DNA from: Eledone cirrhosa
Lineage: Eukaryota
NCBI GenBank assembly: GCA_964016885.1
Contig: OZ024760.1
Location: 4,464,001-4,528,000 of the forward strand
Direction of reading: 5' to 3'
Length of the DNA stretch: 64,000 nt
The notes under the pieces are model-generated. The model did no database searches. It was not told where the DNA came from and saw nothing but the letters and a program-made list of their open reading frames with translations. Position 1 is the first letter of the stretch, and each line of letters begins with the position of its first letter. Positions 12,677 to 26,591 of this stretch are shown piece after piece. A program made the position numbers and the translations under genes.

Positions 12677-15600
12677 GTTGGTACACACCTGGTTTTTTTC
12701 TTTCTTGGTTTTTTTTTTTAATGTATTTATTCATTTACTTTTTTCCTCTCTTATTTCTCTTTCATTAATCTATAAAAGTAGCCAAATATTGTTAGTATAC
12801 CAAAGACTTCAAAAATGCCACATCCGTTGGTTAACTATTTTATTTTACACACACTTTATATATAAACAAGGAGTGTAAATCAACAGGTTAAAATTAACTT
12901 CAACAGCCATGACCTCATCAGTCACTTAGAACTTTACCTGCATACTGCAGTGTCGGTAAACAACTAATATATACTCAAAGTTATATATATATATATATTG
13001 GAGGTGGCAGCAGAACTGACTGGAAGTGATTTCACAAACTTATCAAGCTATGAGAGAATTAAACAGCCTCCTTAGTCCACTACTGCTGCCACCCTACCAG
13101 AAAGTTAACCAACTTTTGTTAGCATGTTTATGGATTAAATCTATGTATTTCAACTGGTTTGGTTTTTCTTTTGGTATTTATCCACCTTTTCTTCACCAAC
13201 AGGGACTACTATGTCTAAATTAAAATGTTATTATTGGCAGTCAATAGTGTCTGACAAAATTATCATTGCCTTAAATACAAAATGCCTTACAATATTTAGT
13301 TGTGGCTCTTTACATGCTGAAATCAAGAATACCAGTAAAGTATTTGGGTTCAATTTAATTGACTTTCCCTTCCCCCAAATTGCTGACCTTGTCTGAATTA
13401 GAAATCATTATTATGGACAGCTTTGCAACATAGTTACGGTCCTTTATGGTCTGAGTTCAAATCCCACCAAGGTTAACTTCGATTTTCATTCTTACGGGGT
13501 CGATAAAATAAAGTACCAGTAATGCACTGGGTAATTGCTGGCCTTATGTCTAAATTAGAAACGATTATTATGGACAGAATCGTTGGACCTTTAGAAAAAA
13601 TGCCTTATAGTATTTAGTTATGTCTCTTTATATTCTGAGTTCAAATCCTGCCACGGTCAACTGCCTTTCATTGTTTCAGGGTCGATTAAAATAAAATACT
13701 AGTAATACACTGGGATTGATTTAATCAACTTTCCCCCTCCCAAAAAATTGTTGGCCTTGTGCCTAAGTCAGAAACTATTATTTAAACCAGCCATAACTGA
13801 CTGCTCATACTGAAATTAAGGTAGTTCTCAAAATAAATTTACCAAGAAAATACAATAGTAAATATAGAGTAATGTAAATACTAAAGGGTTAAGGGCATTG
13901 GACAACATGCTTTGCAGCGTAGTTATGGCCTTTTACAAGTTCAAATCCCATCGAGGTTAGCTTTGTCTTTTATCCTTACGGGATCAATTAAAGTACCAGT
14001 ATTTTAATACACTGGAGTCGATTTAATCAACTTTCCCTCCTCTCAGGAGTTACAGGTCTATACCATATGCCTTCATATACACCACAATTTTACATCATGT
14101 TATGTCTAATTAGATAATATAGTCCTACATAGCACTAAAAAGACAAAATGGTCCCAACTGGAATGCCTAGAGTCGGAATCCTTCCAGTGTTGTTGCCACA
14201 ATAAAATGTAGACAATGTAGGGTAGAGATGCCGTATAATATGGACCTGTAACTCCTGGGGGCACTATATTCATACATCGAGTTTCTAGGGTACTTTCAAA
14301 CCTGACGGAACCCATTTCCTCTCCAGGTTTGAATACACATTTCTTTCAGAGAAGGATAGAGAGTGAGGGAGTGGAAGTAAGAAAGATATAGAGGAAGAAT
14401 CGACCCCAGGACTTGACTGGTATTTTCTTATCAACTCCAAATGGATTAAAGGCAAACTTAACCTCAGAGAGCAGAGAGCCAAAATGAATACATCAAAGCA
14501 TTCTATCCGATGTGCTAATGACTGCCAATACTCCATCTTCTGTGTGTGTGTGTGTGTATGTATATATATATAAATAAAGGAAACAAAAAAAAAACTAAAC
14601 ATTGAACAAACCTTCATTTTTCCGAACATACTTTTGATCATGTCATGTTTATCAGGATAAAGTCGGTAGTGAAAATCTGTCTCCCCAAGACCAGGTGATA
14701 TAGCTTGTAGAAGATAAGGAGGGGATGGTGAATGTATAGCCATTATATATATATATATATATCATCATCACCATTTTACATCCATTCTTCCACACACACA
14801 CACACATATATATATATAACAAAAGTAATGAAGATCGCTGGTATAAACTCACTCAATGAATTGCAGTTATGCACCTACAATCAACTGTTCAGAGCGCACA
14901 TGTTTAGTTTACAGTAGACAGTTGGCTGTGTTTTTAGTTAGAGATAGATGTAGACATATATATATTGCAGCAAAGTGTAATGGATGCATGTTTTAAAAGA
15001 ATTTTAATACTGGCTTTCTTATATTTATATAATAAAACTAAGTTTTTAAAAAAACATTGATAGTGTTGTCACACTTTCATGACTTATTTAGTTTATGGTG
15101 GATCAAAATAGGTTGAAAATCATATCGATGAAAGATACTTTTTTGATTCATGAGATAATTATTAGGAGATGAAGAGATAGAAGCAGAAAATCAGATTATC
15201 AAATAAAATAAAATGTCCAAAATTACGATTTGAAACAAAAGACTAAAAATCTTTGACACCGAGAAAATTTGAACGGGTATTTTTTTATGTTTATGACATA
15301 AAAACCATCAGACCAAGTTACAAAGAGATAAATCTTCTCTCTCTCTCTTGTTCCTTTTGAACAATTGTTATGCATCAGATTTCATTTAATAAGTCAATAT
15401 AACTTGCGTGACATGTCATGTCATCATCACCATTTAATGGCTATTTTCCATGTTTGCATGGGTTAGACAGGCTGTTGTCACATTTTCAAGCTAGACAAGT
15501 CAGTTGAGCAAGTCAGGCACATGCATTCCATTTTTGACTGTTTCTATGGCAGGAAGCACTACTGAATGCTGACTAATTTACAGTGTATTGGGAGCATGGT

Positions 15601-16105
15601 TTCTATACTTGAAAGCTCTTCCTAACTAACATCAACCATTTTATGGAGTGTACTGGGAGCACAGTTTCTATGGCTGGATGCCCTTCCTAATGCCAACCAT
15701 CATCATCGTTTTTACATTGATTTTTCCATGCTGGCGTAGGTTGGACTGGATTTTTTTGAGGCACTATTTAACAGCTAGATGCCCTTCCTAACACCAATTC
15801 TTTTAGTGACTTCTTACAACATTCAGGGATACGGTGTAGCTATTTTAAACTGGATACATTCAGTCAGCAATTTATATTTATATATGGTGTTAGGAAGGGC
15901 ATCCATTCGTAGAAACCTACCCAAAACAGTTCTATATGAGCAAGACATGGTCACATAACCTGACTTGCCTCTGAGACAACCTGTCTAACCCATGCTAGTG
16001 TGGAAAATGGACGTTAAACAATGATGATGAGATATATATATACACCTGATGATTTCATATGAATGAAACAGTTCTAGTCCTGTACAAATCATTCCTACAT
16101 AAAAT

Positions 16106-19023
16106 GACAAGTGGGTAGATAAAGTAATCTCTGTGTACAGGGTAAATGCAAGAATCATTAAACTCAGACTAGTCCTGAATAAAACAATTACCACAATAAT
16201 ATCAGCTTACGCACCCCAATCGGGGCTGCCAGACGAACTTAAGGATAGGTTTTACGAGTCCCTAATGCACACTACTGCTCTAACAGACGACAATGACTTC
16301 CTAATCATCGCAGGAGATTTTAACGGACACGTAGGTAAACACCGACGGCTTCAATGGAGGCCATGGGGTTGGCACAAAAAATGAGGAAGGATTCAGACTT
16401 CTAGAATTCTGCGACGCCAATGACATGTCGATATGTAACACAAACTTTAAAAAACCCGACAACCACCTGATCACCTATAGATCAGGGGAGCACTCCAGTC
16501 AGATAGATTTTATCCTCGTCAGAGGATGTGACAGATGGACGGTCGTAAACACAAAAGCCTTCCCTAGTGAGGAATGTACATCCCAACATAGCTTGGTTGT
16601 CAGCGACCTCACGGTCAGAACTAGACGAACCTGGAAACAGGCCAAGCTGGAGAAGAAAGATCTGGAAGCTGAAAGACCCCCTCAACCAGTAACAGATTTA
16701 AAGATATTTTATACGCCGACGACAGTAAAGAAGAACAGATAGAGACATTCAATGTAGAAGAGAACTGGGAGTTCCTAAAAAATAATTTACTAGAAGCGAC
16801 GGATGAGGTCTGTAGCTGGAGTAAGACCTCAAGCAGGAGGAGAGTGACTTGGTGGTGGAACAATAAGGTAGATGAAGCAGTTAAGGCCAAGAGACAGGCA
16901 TGGAAGAACGGGGGGGGGGGTACATTACATAGAGACCAAGAGGGAAGCAGAGGATAGAAAATTCAAGCATGTTTTGCAACGTGAGGACCAGAAACAGGAG
17001 GTGTTCAAGATTGCGAGGCAGTGTGACAGAGATAGTTGTGATGTCATTGGAGAGAAGTGTATCTGGAATGATAAAGGTGGGCTTGCCCTCATAAGTGCTG
17101 AGAAGAAAGATGCATGGAAGAGTCATTATGATAGATTACTAAATGAGGAGAATGCATGGGAAGAAGAGACCCTACCCTAAGTAGACCCTATAGAGGGGCC
17201 AGCAGCAACGTAGTAAATAAGGCAATCAAAGATATGAAGATGGGGAAAGCAACCGGTCCATCGGGTATAGCTGCCGAGATGCTGAAGGCATCTGGGTCTG
17301 TAGGTCACACGTATTGTTAACCAGGTAATACTAGAAGGTGTCATACCAAAAGATTGGTGCAGTAGCATCATTGTCAACTGCTATAAAGGTAAAGGTGATG
17401 CACTAGATAGAGGTATAAAGTTGATGGACCAGGTCATGAAAGTAACAGAAAGAGTTATAGCACAGTTGATTAGGGACCGGGTGAAAATAGATGAGATACA
17501 ATTTGGGTTTGTACCAGGAAGAGGCACCACTGATGCCCTCTTCCTTGTGAAGCAGTTACAGGAAAAGTACCTAGCTAAAAGTAAGCCACTCTACTTGGCA
17601 TTTGTCGACCTTGAGAAAGCCTTTGACAGAGTTCCACGTGTTGTAATCTGGTGGGCTCTTAGAAAACTAGGAGTAGATGAATGGCTTGTGAAAGCGGTAC
17701 AAGCCATGTATAGGGGAGCAGTCAGCAAAGTTAGGATTAGCGAGGAATTTAGCGTACAAGTTGGGGTCCACCAGGGCTCTGTTCTTAGCCCCCTCCTGTT
17801 CATCATAGTCCTGCAGGCAATAACGGAGGAGTTTAAGACCGGATGCCCATGGGAACTCCTGTATGCTGATGACCTCGCTGAATCTATGGTAGAACTAGAG
17901 AAGAAATTCCAAACTTGGAAGCAGGAACTAGAAAGAAAGGGTCACAAAGTCAACATGACAAGGACTAAGGTCCTTGTAAGTAGACGAGAAAACAGAACCC
18001 AGATCCCCTCAGGGAAATGGCCTTGCTCAGTAGGTAGGAACTTCATTCTCTGCCCCAAATGCAAACAATGGGTACACAAGAGATGTAGCGGGATCTCAGG
18101 AAGCTTAATTATGTAGGCTTCCACAGGAAACAAGTACCACCAATCTCTGGGAGGGCTCTGTAGAAACAGTAGACAGCTTCTGCTACCTAGGTGACCGAAT
18201 TAGCAGCGGAGGTGGGTGTTCAGAAAGTACAATAACTAGAGTAAGAACGGGATGGAAGAAGTTTAGGGAACTACTACCACTGCTAGCTGCAAAAGGCTTC
18301 TCCCTCAGAATGAAAGGCAGATTGTATGATGCGTGCATCCAAACAGCAATGTTGCATGGTAGTGAGACCTGGGCGCTGAAGGTGGAAGACTTACGTAGAT
18401 TAGAGAGAAACGAAGCCTGGATGTGTAACAGTAATATACGTGAACGACAAAGCATAAATGAATTGAGAGAGAGACTGAGCATAAGAGGAATCAAATGCTG
18501 TGTGCAGGAGAGGTGGTTGCGCTGGTATGGACATGTGATGCGTATGAAGGATGACAGCTGCATAAAAAAAGGTGCAGAGCACTAGAAGTCGATGGAAACC
18601 GCGGAGTGGGGAGACCCAAGATGACCTGGGATGAGGTGATAAAAGCGGACCTTACCCAATTACACTTCTCAAAGGCAATGACACACGACCGTGACCTCTG
18701 GCGTCACGCAGTAATACAGAGTACCCGACCTCCCATGGGTACAAGCTGAACCCCACACCCCATACCGCAAGGTGGTCGTGGAGGTGCCACGGCAAAAAAG
18801 CACCCAGCCCACACTGTAAAGCGGACGTGTAGGCGCCACGAAAAAGCACCCAGCACTCACTGTAAATGAGGTTGGTGTTAGGAAGGGCATCCAGCTGTAG
18901 AAATCAAGCCAAATCAGTTCCTGTATGAGCAAGGCATGGTCAGCCGACCAGATACTGCCCACAACAGGACAACCCGTCTAACCCATGCTAGCGTGGAAGA
19001 ACGGACGTAAAACGGTGATGATG
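16106..19023 (+). mobile_element. RTE-clade LINE, 5'-truncated and degenerate (APE endonuclease plus RT)
   Basis: Fragmented ORFs carry ISAYAPQ, IAGDFNGHVG, SQIDFIL (APE); QFGFVPGRGTTDA, FVDLEKAFDRV, GVHQGSVLSPLLF, LLYADDL (RT); LRWYGHVMRM and GRP..TW (RTE C-terminus). The 3' UTR ends in (GAT)n. Possible TSD ATAAAAT. Confidence 0.9.
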
Positions 19024-19099
19024 ATAAAATAAATATGCTATTTCTCTACTAACATATTGAGTAACTTATTTCACTGATTATTTCTTCTGAATACCATCC

Positions 19100-19131
<32 letters not shown>

Positions 19132-21088
19132 TGTTATACTCTGGGACTCATGTTGCCAATAAAAACATATGCACATGTTGGTTTTCACTTCAATTTATTA
19201 TAAATTTCCGGTCGGTTGGTTCGATAACCTTCCCAGTGACTGGGTTTTTATATTGTGTCTCTCCTTTGTTCTGCCCTACACTATCTTGTTTTTCTGTGAA
19301 ATTTATAATAAATTGAAGTGAAAACCAACAGATGCGCGTGTTTTTATTGGAAACATGACCCCCACCAAAGTATAACAATATCTGTTTCAACACACGTTTT
19401 CAGATAAGAAATCTTGCAAAACAAATTCAAAAACGAAGTGTATATATATATATATATACACTTCGTTTTTGAAAAAAATATATATATATATATGAATGGG
19501 CGTCCAATAGTCCAGTAAACGGTCACGGGTGACGTGTAAAGGTCATGGGCGCCATTCAAAGACCCCTTCTATCTAAAAATTATTTTATTGGTTTGTTTCA
19601 TCCCAATGGTTACCAGCCAAGTGTCGCTCAGCTTCTACAAGGTAAATTTAAAAGTAATTTTAAAGTTTGGCCCTTTATGATAGGAGTTCAAATTCTACCG
19701 AGGTTAACTTTGCCTTTGATCCTTACGGGGTCGATAAAATAGTAATGCACTGGGGGGTAATTGCTGGCCTTGTGCCAAAAGTAGAAACAATTATCATGCC
19801 CTTCTACGAGACGAGCGCTAAGGAGTTCTCAGGTGGGGGCCGCTATAATAACTCCTCGCCCAGATTGAATATCACTATAAAATAGCATCCCCACGCACCA
19901 AAATATACGAACTAATTTATTCGAAATTGATTCAACCAATTTTCCTCGATTAATTCACTCTAGATTGGCAGCTATACAAAGCAAAACAGAAAGACTTAAT
20001 ATATATTTTTTCTACATAAAATTTAATAAATGTGTCGTAATAATTCAAATGAACTACCCAGTAAATATTATTTTAAGGAAAGCTAAAAACGAAAAGTATT
20101 TATCGTGGGGTGGAGAGCTATTCTGAAGAAATACTACGAGATTATTAATCGAGAGAAATGTTGGTAAATTTTTATTATCACACTTCTGAGACAGGTATAA
20201 TAGAAAAAAATGTTTAAATTAAAAATTAGTTAGTAGATAGGTCAAATGTTTTTCTTATAAATTTTGTTATGTTTAGAACGAATATAACCTTCAATACCGT
20301 CGTAAATTACTCGTCTTCTGTGGTTCCCTATCTCGAGAAGTGGACCCTCTCTTGTGCGCGTGTAAGATCCCTGGTTGCTCTGAAACAAATCAAACTAATT
20401 TACAAAACAAACGTCTCGGAAGAAATGTTTCTTTAATTTCCAGTTGTCTCCCTTTGTCCATGTTTTGTAAAATGCTAACTTCCCTTAGTTCATGTATCAG
20501 TCTTGATTACTGCACCATCACTCCTCCTAAAATGGCAATGGTTTGATGTAACAAAACCACCCGTTTTAAGGGGTTCCCATTTAAATTAAATAAAATGGCA
20601 GATTCGTTAGAACGTCAGATAGAATTGCTTTGCGGTATTCTTTTCGACTATCTACGCTCTCAGTTCAAATCTCGCCGATGCCAACAAACACTCTTTCGAG
20701 ATTGACAAAAAGACCCAGTCCAGTACTTCCTCTATAGATTTCTCCTTCTCTAGAAGAAATAGGCTGTGTTCAGATTAAGAGAAGGGATGGGCTCCGCCAC
20801 GTTCAAAATTGTTCAAGACGTCGTATATCACAACGGCACCCCTACGACTCCATGCATACTGTATATATTTACTTGAGTCAAATATTTAGTTCATAGTACA
20901 GACTCAAACCCCTCACATATAAACACCGTAGAGTCGATTTAAGCAGCTATATCCTGTATGACATATAACGAAATATTATGTGTGGTTGTAACGATAAGTG
21001 GATGGATGGATGTAACTGTTGGTATGGTGGTTTCAATGTAAAGAAAAATACCAGGTTTGTGTTGTTACAAAGTTTATTTTATCATAAC

Positions 21089-21224
21089 TGTTTCTACTTT
21101 TGGCACAAGGCCAGCAAATATCGACCCCGTAAGGATGAAAGGCAAAGTGAACCTCGGCGGGATTTGAACTCAGACCGTAAAGCATGGCGTCCGACTCTCT
21201 ACCGATACTGCCAATCCACCGCCC
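21089..21224 (-). mobile_element. Shortened SINE inserted in the 3' LTR only
   Basis: TSD TATCATAAC (21080-21088 and 21225-21233); absent from the 5' LTR. Confidence 0.85.
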
Positions 21225-22713
21225 TATCATAACAATATTCAATTAAATGATAAAATCAATAACACAAAATATTCATACAATAATTTGGTGGGTCTTCGAG
21301 CCACGTAAATTCAAGTATCACAGAATACGATTATAATATTATAGCGAGAGTACTGGATTGTATGAATGTAACAAAACGAGACATGGTTTGTGTGTATAAT
21401 ATTTAATTAACAATGGTAGATAGTATACTTGACATGTCAAAGATAGATGTTAGAATGAAACAAAGTTAGTAGTTACCGTTTTGATTGCCAGGCAAACGCG
21501 GCTGGCAGAGGACGCCTGGCTAAGGCCAGGCGCCTGTTGGCCAAATGAATGGCGGAGCCCAATGAGAGGCTCTTGACCTGGTGCCGAAAAGGCAATGAGA
21601 GTTAGAAAGCTTAAAGTTGTTAGTTTTATAGGGCTCTGACCGGAAGTTGCAGAAAGGGTTCTACTTCCCGTCTAGATCCCAATCAAAACAAGGGAGACAA
21701 CCGCTACAATATATTATAATATATTATAATATATTCTGATATACTGTATCAGAAAGGTACAATATGTGTAAACAGAAATGAATGGTGCGTGTAAAAACAC
21801 TGAACTCACTATGAATGCGTGTGTGCGTATCAGTATATTTACTTATTTGTATTGCAGGAGTCAGCGATCAGCCAGGAAGGTGAGAATAGTGGTAGACTGG
21901 TTTTTCGTGACGAGAGTTTGTAAATGCGACTTGTCTTGTCTGTATATCACTTCTTTTCTCTCGAGGCGTAAACAACCCCTGTATTTATAAGAGTTGAAGT
22001 TAGAAGGATAGGTATACCCTCTGAACTTTGGTTAGTCTCCCAATGGATTAGTTTGCCAAGCGTAAACAAGTCAGAAAGATGGATATATCCTCTGACCTAT
22101 TTTTTGTCAGGCGTAAACACCTCTGACCTGTGTTTAGCCTCTCCCAAGGGGTTAGTCTCTTGAGCGTAAACAAGTTACCACGGCTTGTCCCAGAGGCGGG
22201 AAAGCTCAGATTCGGTTTCGAATCTTCGTCGCCGTTATAGTACCCCCTTCCAGTGAGAAAGCTAAGATTGAACGATCTAGGTGCATGTGAAATGAAGATA
22301 GGTATGACTAGGTGTGTTGAAGAAAATCAGTAAAAATAAAAAACACATGAAAGTCATTTACAAACAGGAGAAATGAAAGAAAACATGCAAAACAAAAGAA
22401 ATTTACATGCAGGAAAATGTACTGTGATGTTACATAAAATTGAAAATGTTCGTACGAAAAGTTTGTTGATTAAAAGTTCGTTCATTTCATAGAAACAGAA
22501 AAATGTTCTTTTGTCCGTTCTTTTGATGTGGGTGATGCACAGAGTTAATTGATTTGTGTGTAGCAATAGTTCATGACCACAGAAATTGGCCGATTCGTTG
22601 AAATGTACAAATTAGCCGAAATGTCGACCAGATGCATAATTTGTACTTACCCGATAAACTTGTACGTATCGCGTGGGCCATCGGACTGTTCTTCCAGATT
22701 TGGTGTGTCGGGG

Positions 22714-25700
22714 TTATGCAGAATTTGCCGTGTTTGTGTCGGGCAAAGTTGTTGGTGAGTCTGCTGGAGAAGCGGTGGGTACTGGTGGCAATTCCTGTTC
22801 TATGAACGCTTTTTTTAAACGATCAATGGAGACGGTATTTCGTTTCCCGTTCAAGTCGAGGACGAAATACTTAGGGCATTTCTGTATCACCTTATAGCGC
22901 CCGGAATACGGCGGACGAAGTTGCGATGGAATACCGTCATTTCTAACGAAAACATGCGTCCATGTATCGATGTCTTTTGGTATGTGTGAAGTAACGTGCT
23001 GTTGTTTAGGGGCTGAAGGAGACAGATGCGACATCGATGACCGTAAACGGTGCACATATTTTGTAGGGTCTGGAAGTTCTTGTGGCGAAACAGGAGCGAT
23101 CATTTGTCCGGGTAGAGTGAGTACAGTGCCATACACCATTTCAGCCGGAGAATGTCCGACTCCCTCCTTAACAGTGGAACGAATACCAAGAAGAATGAGT
23201 GGGAGGTATTCGAACCAGCTAGTAGAGTCTTCGTAAGCCTTGATAGATGATTTTACTGACGGTGTAAGCGTTCTACCATGCCGTTAGCGGCAGGGTGATA
23301 CGCTGTTGTACGGATGTGTTTGCACCCGAGGAGACGAGTCAGCTCGGTAAATAGGTGCGAATCGAACTGACGTCCTCTATCCGTAGTGATGGTCGCGGGT
23401 GTGCCGAAACGCGAAACCCAGTCAAACACTAGCGTTTTGGCGACAGTTTCCGCAGTAATATCCGTCAGGGGAAAAGCTTCTGGCCAGCGAGAAAATCGGT
23501 CGACACAGGTGAGAAGATGAGTGTAGTTGTGAGAAGGCGGCAAAAGTCCAACGATATCTATATGCACATGCTGGAACCGTGCATCAGGTGTTGCGAAAGA
23601 ACCGATCGGGGCTTTGATGTGCCGGTGAATTTTCGCCTTGTGGCACGCGATACAGTTCCTAACCCATTCGCGGGTGTCCTTGTTGATGTTGGGCCACACA
23701 AAGCGGGCAACCATCAGTTTCTGCGTGGCGCGGACGCCAGGATGTGCCACAGAATGCAGTGCCGAGAAAACGTCGCGTCGATGTTTCCGGGGCACGTATG
23801 GGTGCTCGTGGCCTGTGGAGATGTCGCACCAAATATAACCCGAAGAAGAGGGCAGCGGGCATTCCTTCAATTTCAAGGATGATTTCCGGAGTTGCAGCAG
23901 TTCCTCGTCATTCTGTTGATCCGCTGCAATCCTCTGTAGGTCGATAGTGGCAGTGGTGTGGATTGCGTTAAGCTCCATGCTCGATAGGGCATCAGCTGCT
24001 GAGTTGGTGACACCCTTAATGTACCGAATATCAGTAGTGTACTGAGAAATGAAGTCCAGATGTCGGACCTCCCTGGGTGAGTGTCGGTCAGGCTTGGCGT
24101 TGAACGCGTACACTAGTGGTTTGTGGTCGGTGTATATAGAGAACACACGACCTTCTAGCATGTGTCGAAAATGCTTGACAGCAAGGTATGCTGCCAATAA
24201 TTCACGACTGAATGTGCGGGTTTTAATCGCTTAGAGAAAAAAGATACAGGTTGCCAAATATCGCCAGAGAGTTGTTGAAGCACACCTCCAAATCCGGAAT
24301 CGGATGCATCAGTTAATAAACACATTGGGGCGTCAGGTTTGGGGTAACTCAGCATTGTAGCTTCGGACAACATTTTCTTCAACTCAGAGAAAGCGGTACA
24401 TTCTTTTTCGCTGAGCTTGATGTTTGCGTTTTTGGTTGTACGCTGCCGCAGCAAATCTGTGAGTAGTTGGGCTGTCTCTGCACAGTGGGGTATAAATCTT
24501 CTGTAGAAGTTTACCAGGCCAAGAAATTCTCGCAGTTTGCGGAGAGATGTAGGTTGTGGAAAATCAATGATAGATTTGATTTTCTCCTTAAGTGGGCGAA
24601 TACCATCTTTGTCAATGATGTGTCCCAGAAAATGAAGGGACGCAACTCCGAACTCACATTTGCTGGGGTTGATAACAATTCCGTATTCACGCAAACGTAT
24701 GAATAGGATATCCAGGTGTTTCTCATGTTCTTCATCGGAGCTGCTGGCCACCAGTAAGTCGTCAATGTATGCGTATACAAAAGGTAGACCTCTGGTGATT
24801 GTATCGATGAATCGCTGGAATGTCTGCGCTGCATTTCGTAAACCGAAAGGCATACGCAAAAATTCGAACATTCCAAAGGGTGTTGTGACGGCGGTCTTTG
24901 GAATATCTGCGGGCTCAACGGGTATCTGATTGTAAGCTCGCACAAGATCGATCTTCGAAAATATGCGAACCCCGTGCAGCGAGCTAGAGAAGTCCTGTAG
25001 ATGAGGCACTGGATAAGAATCAGGAACGGTGCAGTTGTTCAGTGCACGGTAGTCGCCACAGATTCGCCAGTCGTTCGACGACTTCTTGGGTACACAGTGT
25101 ATGGGTGAGGACCAGTTGCTGCTGGACGGACGTATGATGCCGAGATCCAGCATGTGCTGAAATTCTTGTTTGACGGACTTCAGCCGGTCTGGTGGTAGCC
25201 TTCTAGGTCGTGCAGCGACAGGTGGTCCGTGTGTTTTTATGTGGTGTGTGACGTCATGTTTTACAGGGCAAGCGTTGAATAGTGGTCGAGCTACGTCTGG
25301 GTATTTGTGGATGATGTGGTTGTGCCGGGTTGTTGTCGATCGTGAAATGACTGGACTGACTGTGGCTGTCCTAGCGGCTATGCCGCGCACAGCGAGACCA
25401 GTGGAGTTGTCAACGAGTCGTTGGTTTTTCAGATCCACTAGCAGCGAGAAGTGCTGAAGAAAATCAGCTCCTAAAATACGGGTCAGCAGCTTAGCCACAA
25501 CGAATACCCACTGGAAAGTGCGGCGTAGTCCCAAATTTAGTGTCAGGGACTGTTCTCCGTAGGTCGGAATATGTGAGTGATTCACCGCCTGGAGCCTGGC
25601 TGGTGTCTCTCTCCTTTTTCCAGGAACGCAGAAAACCGGGATGATGCTGACTTCAGCACCGGTGTCGACCAGGAAACGCGTGCCTGTGACGCTATCCTGA

Positions 25701-25774
25701 ATGAAAAATAGGCGACTTTGGTTATGAGGGCCAGAAACGTCCGTCGCATTCAATTTCTGGCTGTGTCGTTTCCC
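22714..25774 (-). pseudogene. pol: Pol (protease-RT-RNase H-integrase), disrupted
   Basis: [12 protein letters not shown] (protease); [29 protein letters not shown] and YIDDLL (RT); TDASD and YTDHKPL (RNase H); H..AHPG..C..C, HIDIVG, TDRGRQF and ANGMVER (integrase); LRPPYSGRY (GPY/F). A frameshifting deletion lies near 24210 and a premature TAA at 23255-23253. Confidence 0.9.
25712..25774 (-). promoter_or_regulatory. -1 programmed ribosomal frameshift signal (slippery heptamer plus pseudoknot) at gag-pol overlap
   Basis: G GGA AAC (25774-25768) in the gag frame, 6-nt spacer, stem GCCAGAAA/TTTCTGGC (25761-25754 with 25737-25730), and loop GCGAC (25747-25743) complementary to downstream GTCGC (25716-25712). 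Pol is in the -1 frame. Confidence 0.8.
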
Positions 25775-26577
25775 GGATTCGTTTTCGAAACAAATGAACA
25801 GAGATGGCTGCACTTTTGCGCTCGTCTCCCGAATCTTTGGTGGTACCAACACATTTCTGGTGAATCCCGAGATGCGCTCGGACTTCTTGAACGACCACCA
25901 AATCGGCGAATTCGACTGTTGGACCGACGCGTGGCAGGGTTGCCCAGTGGCAAGGCCTGAATTTGTTGCGTCAAGACCTGTATCTGTGTTGCCAGTAACT
26001 GGTCTAGATCGGACATCTCTGTGGCACTGGAGGGCTGAAGGAAAGGATTGATGGAAGGCATGGCTGGCGTCACATTCGCTAAAGTTGAGTGCGGATCTGC
26101 CAGCTCGGCGAGTTCTTCTATGGTGGTGGACTCCCTGGTGGATGCTAGTACAACTTGTGTGGCAGAAAGCAAACGCTGGAGGAAGAGTTGCTTGAAAATT
26201 TCATCCGGGAGTTTATGTTTTCCCAGGAGCTGCTTCATTCGCCGTAGTTGTGTCGGCTTTTTATCTCCTAATTCCTCCGATATGAGGAGCTGGTGCAAGC
26301 GCTTCTGCTGCGACTCCGACGTCCGCTTAACTAATGCGGTTTTAAATGTGTCATATGACACAGAGCCGGGTGGTGCTAAAATGAGGTCTCGAACCTCATT
26401 CATAATCTCCGGAGACATCGAACCGATGACATGTGTGAGACGGGATACCTCGCCAACGATCCGGTTCGATGCGAACTGCGCTTCGATGTGCGCGAACCAG
26501 AATGGTGGAATCCTTAATGTAAATGCCGCCCTGATTGGCATTTCTGCCGCTGACGAATCGTCGTGTGCTAGAGACAT
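25750..26577 (-). CDS. gag: Gag of CsRn1-like Gypsy element
   Basis: 275-aa ORF with an N-terminal PPFW...FAHIEAQF segment (apparently with a small deletion), [10 protein letters not shown], and a C-terminal C-x2-H-x9-C-x3-C zinc knuckle. Confidence 0.88.
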   Translation of the reverse strand: MSLAHDDSSAAEMPIRAAFTLRIPPFWFAHIEAQFASNRIVGEVSRLTHVIGSMSPEIMNEVRDLILAPPGSVSYDTFKTALVKRTSESQQKRLHQLLISEELGDKKPTQLRRMKQLLGKHKLPDEIFKQLFLQRLLSATQVVLASTRESTTIEELAELADPHSTLANVTPAMPSINPFLQPSSATEMSDLDQLLATQIQVLTQQIQALPLGNPATRRSNSRIRRFGGRSRSPSASRDSPEMCWYHQRFGRRAQKCSHLCSFVSKTNPGNDTARN

Positions 26578-26591
26578 CGTTTTTAGTGGAT

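Noticed and set aside
22250-22713. Possible env-like third ORF between integrase and 3' LTR
   Set aside because: Only about 460 bp, with a 70-aa AT-rich ORF lacking env features.
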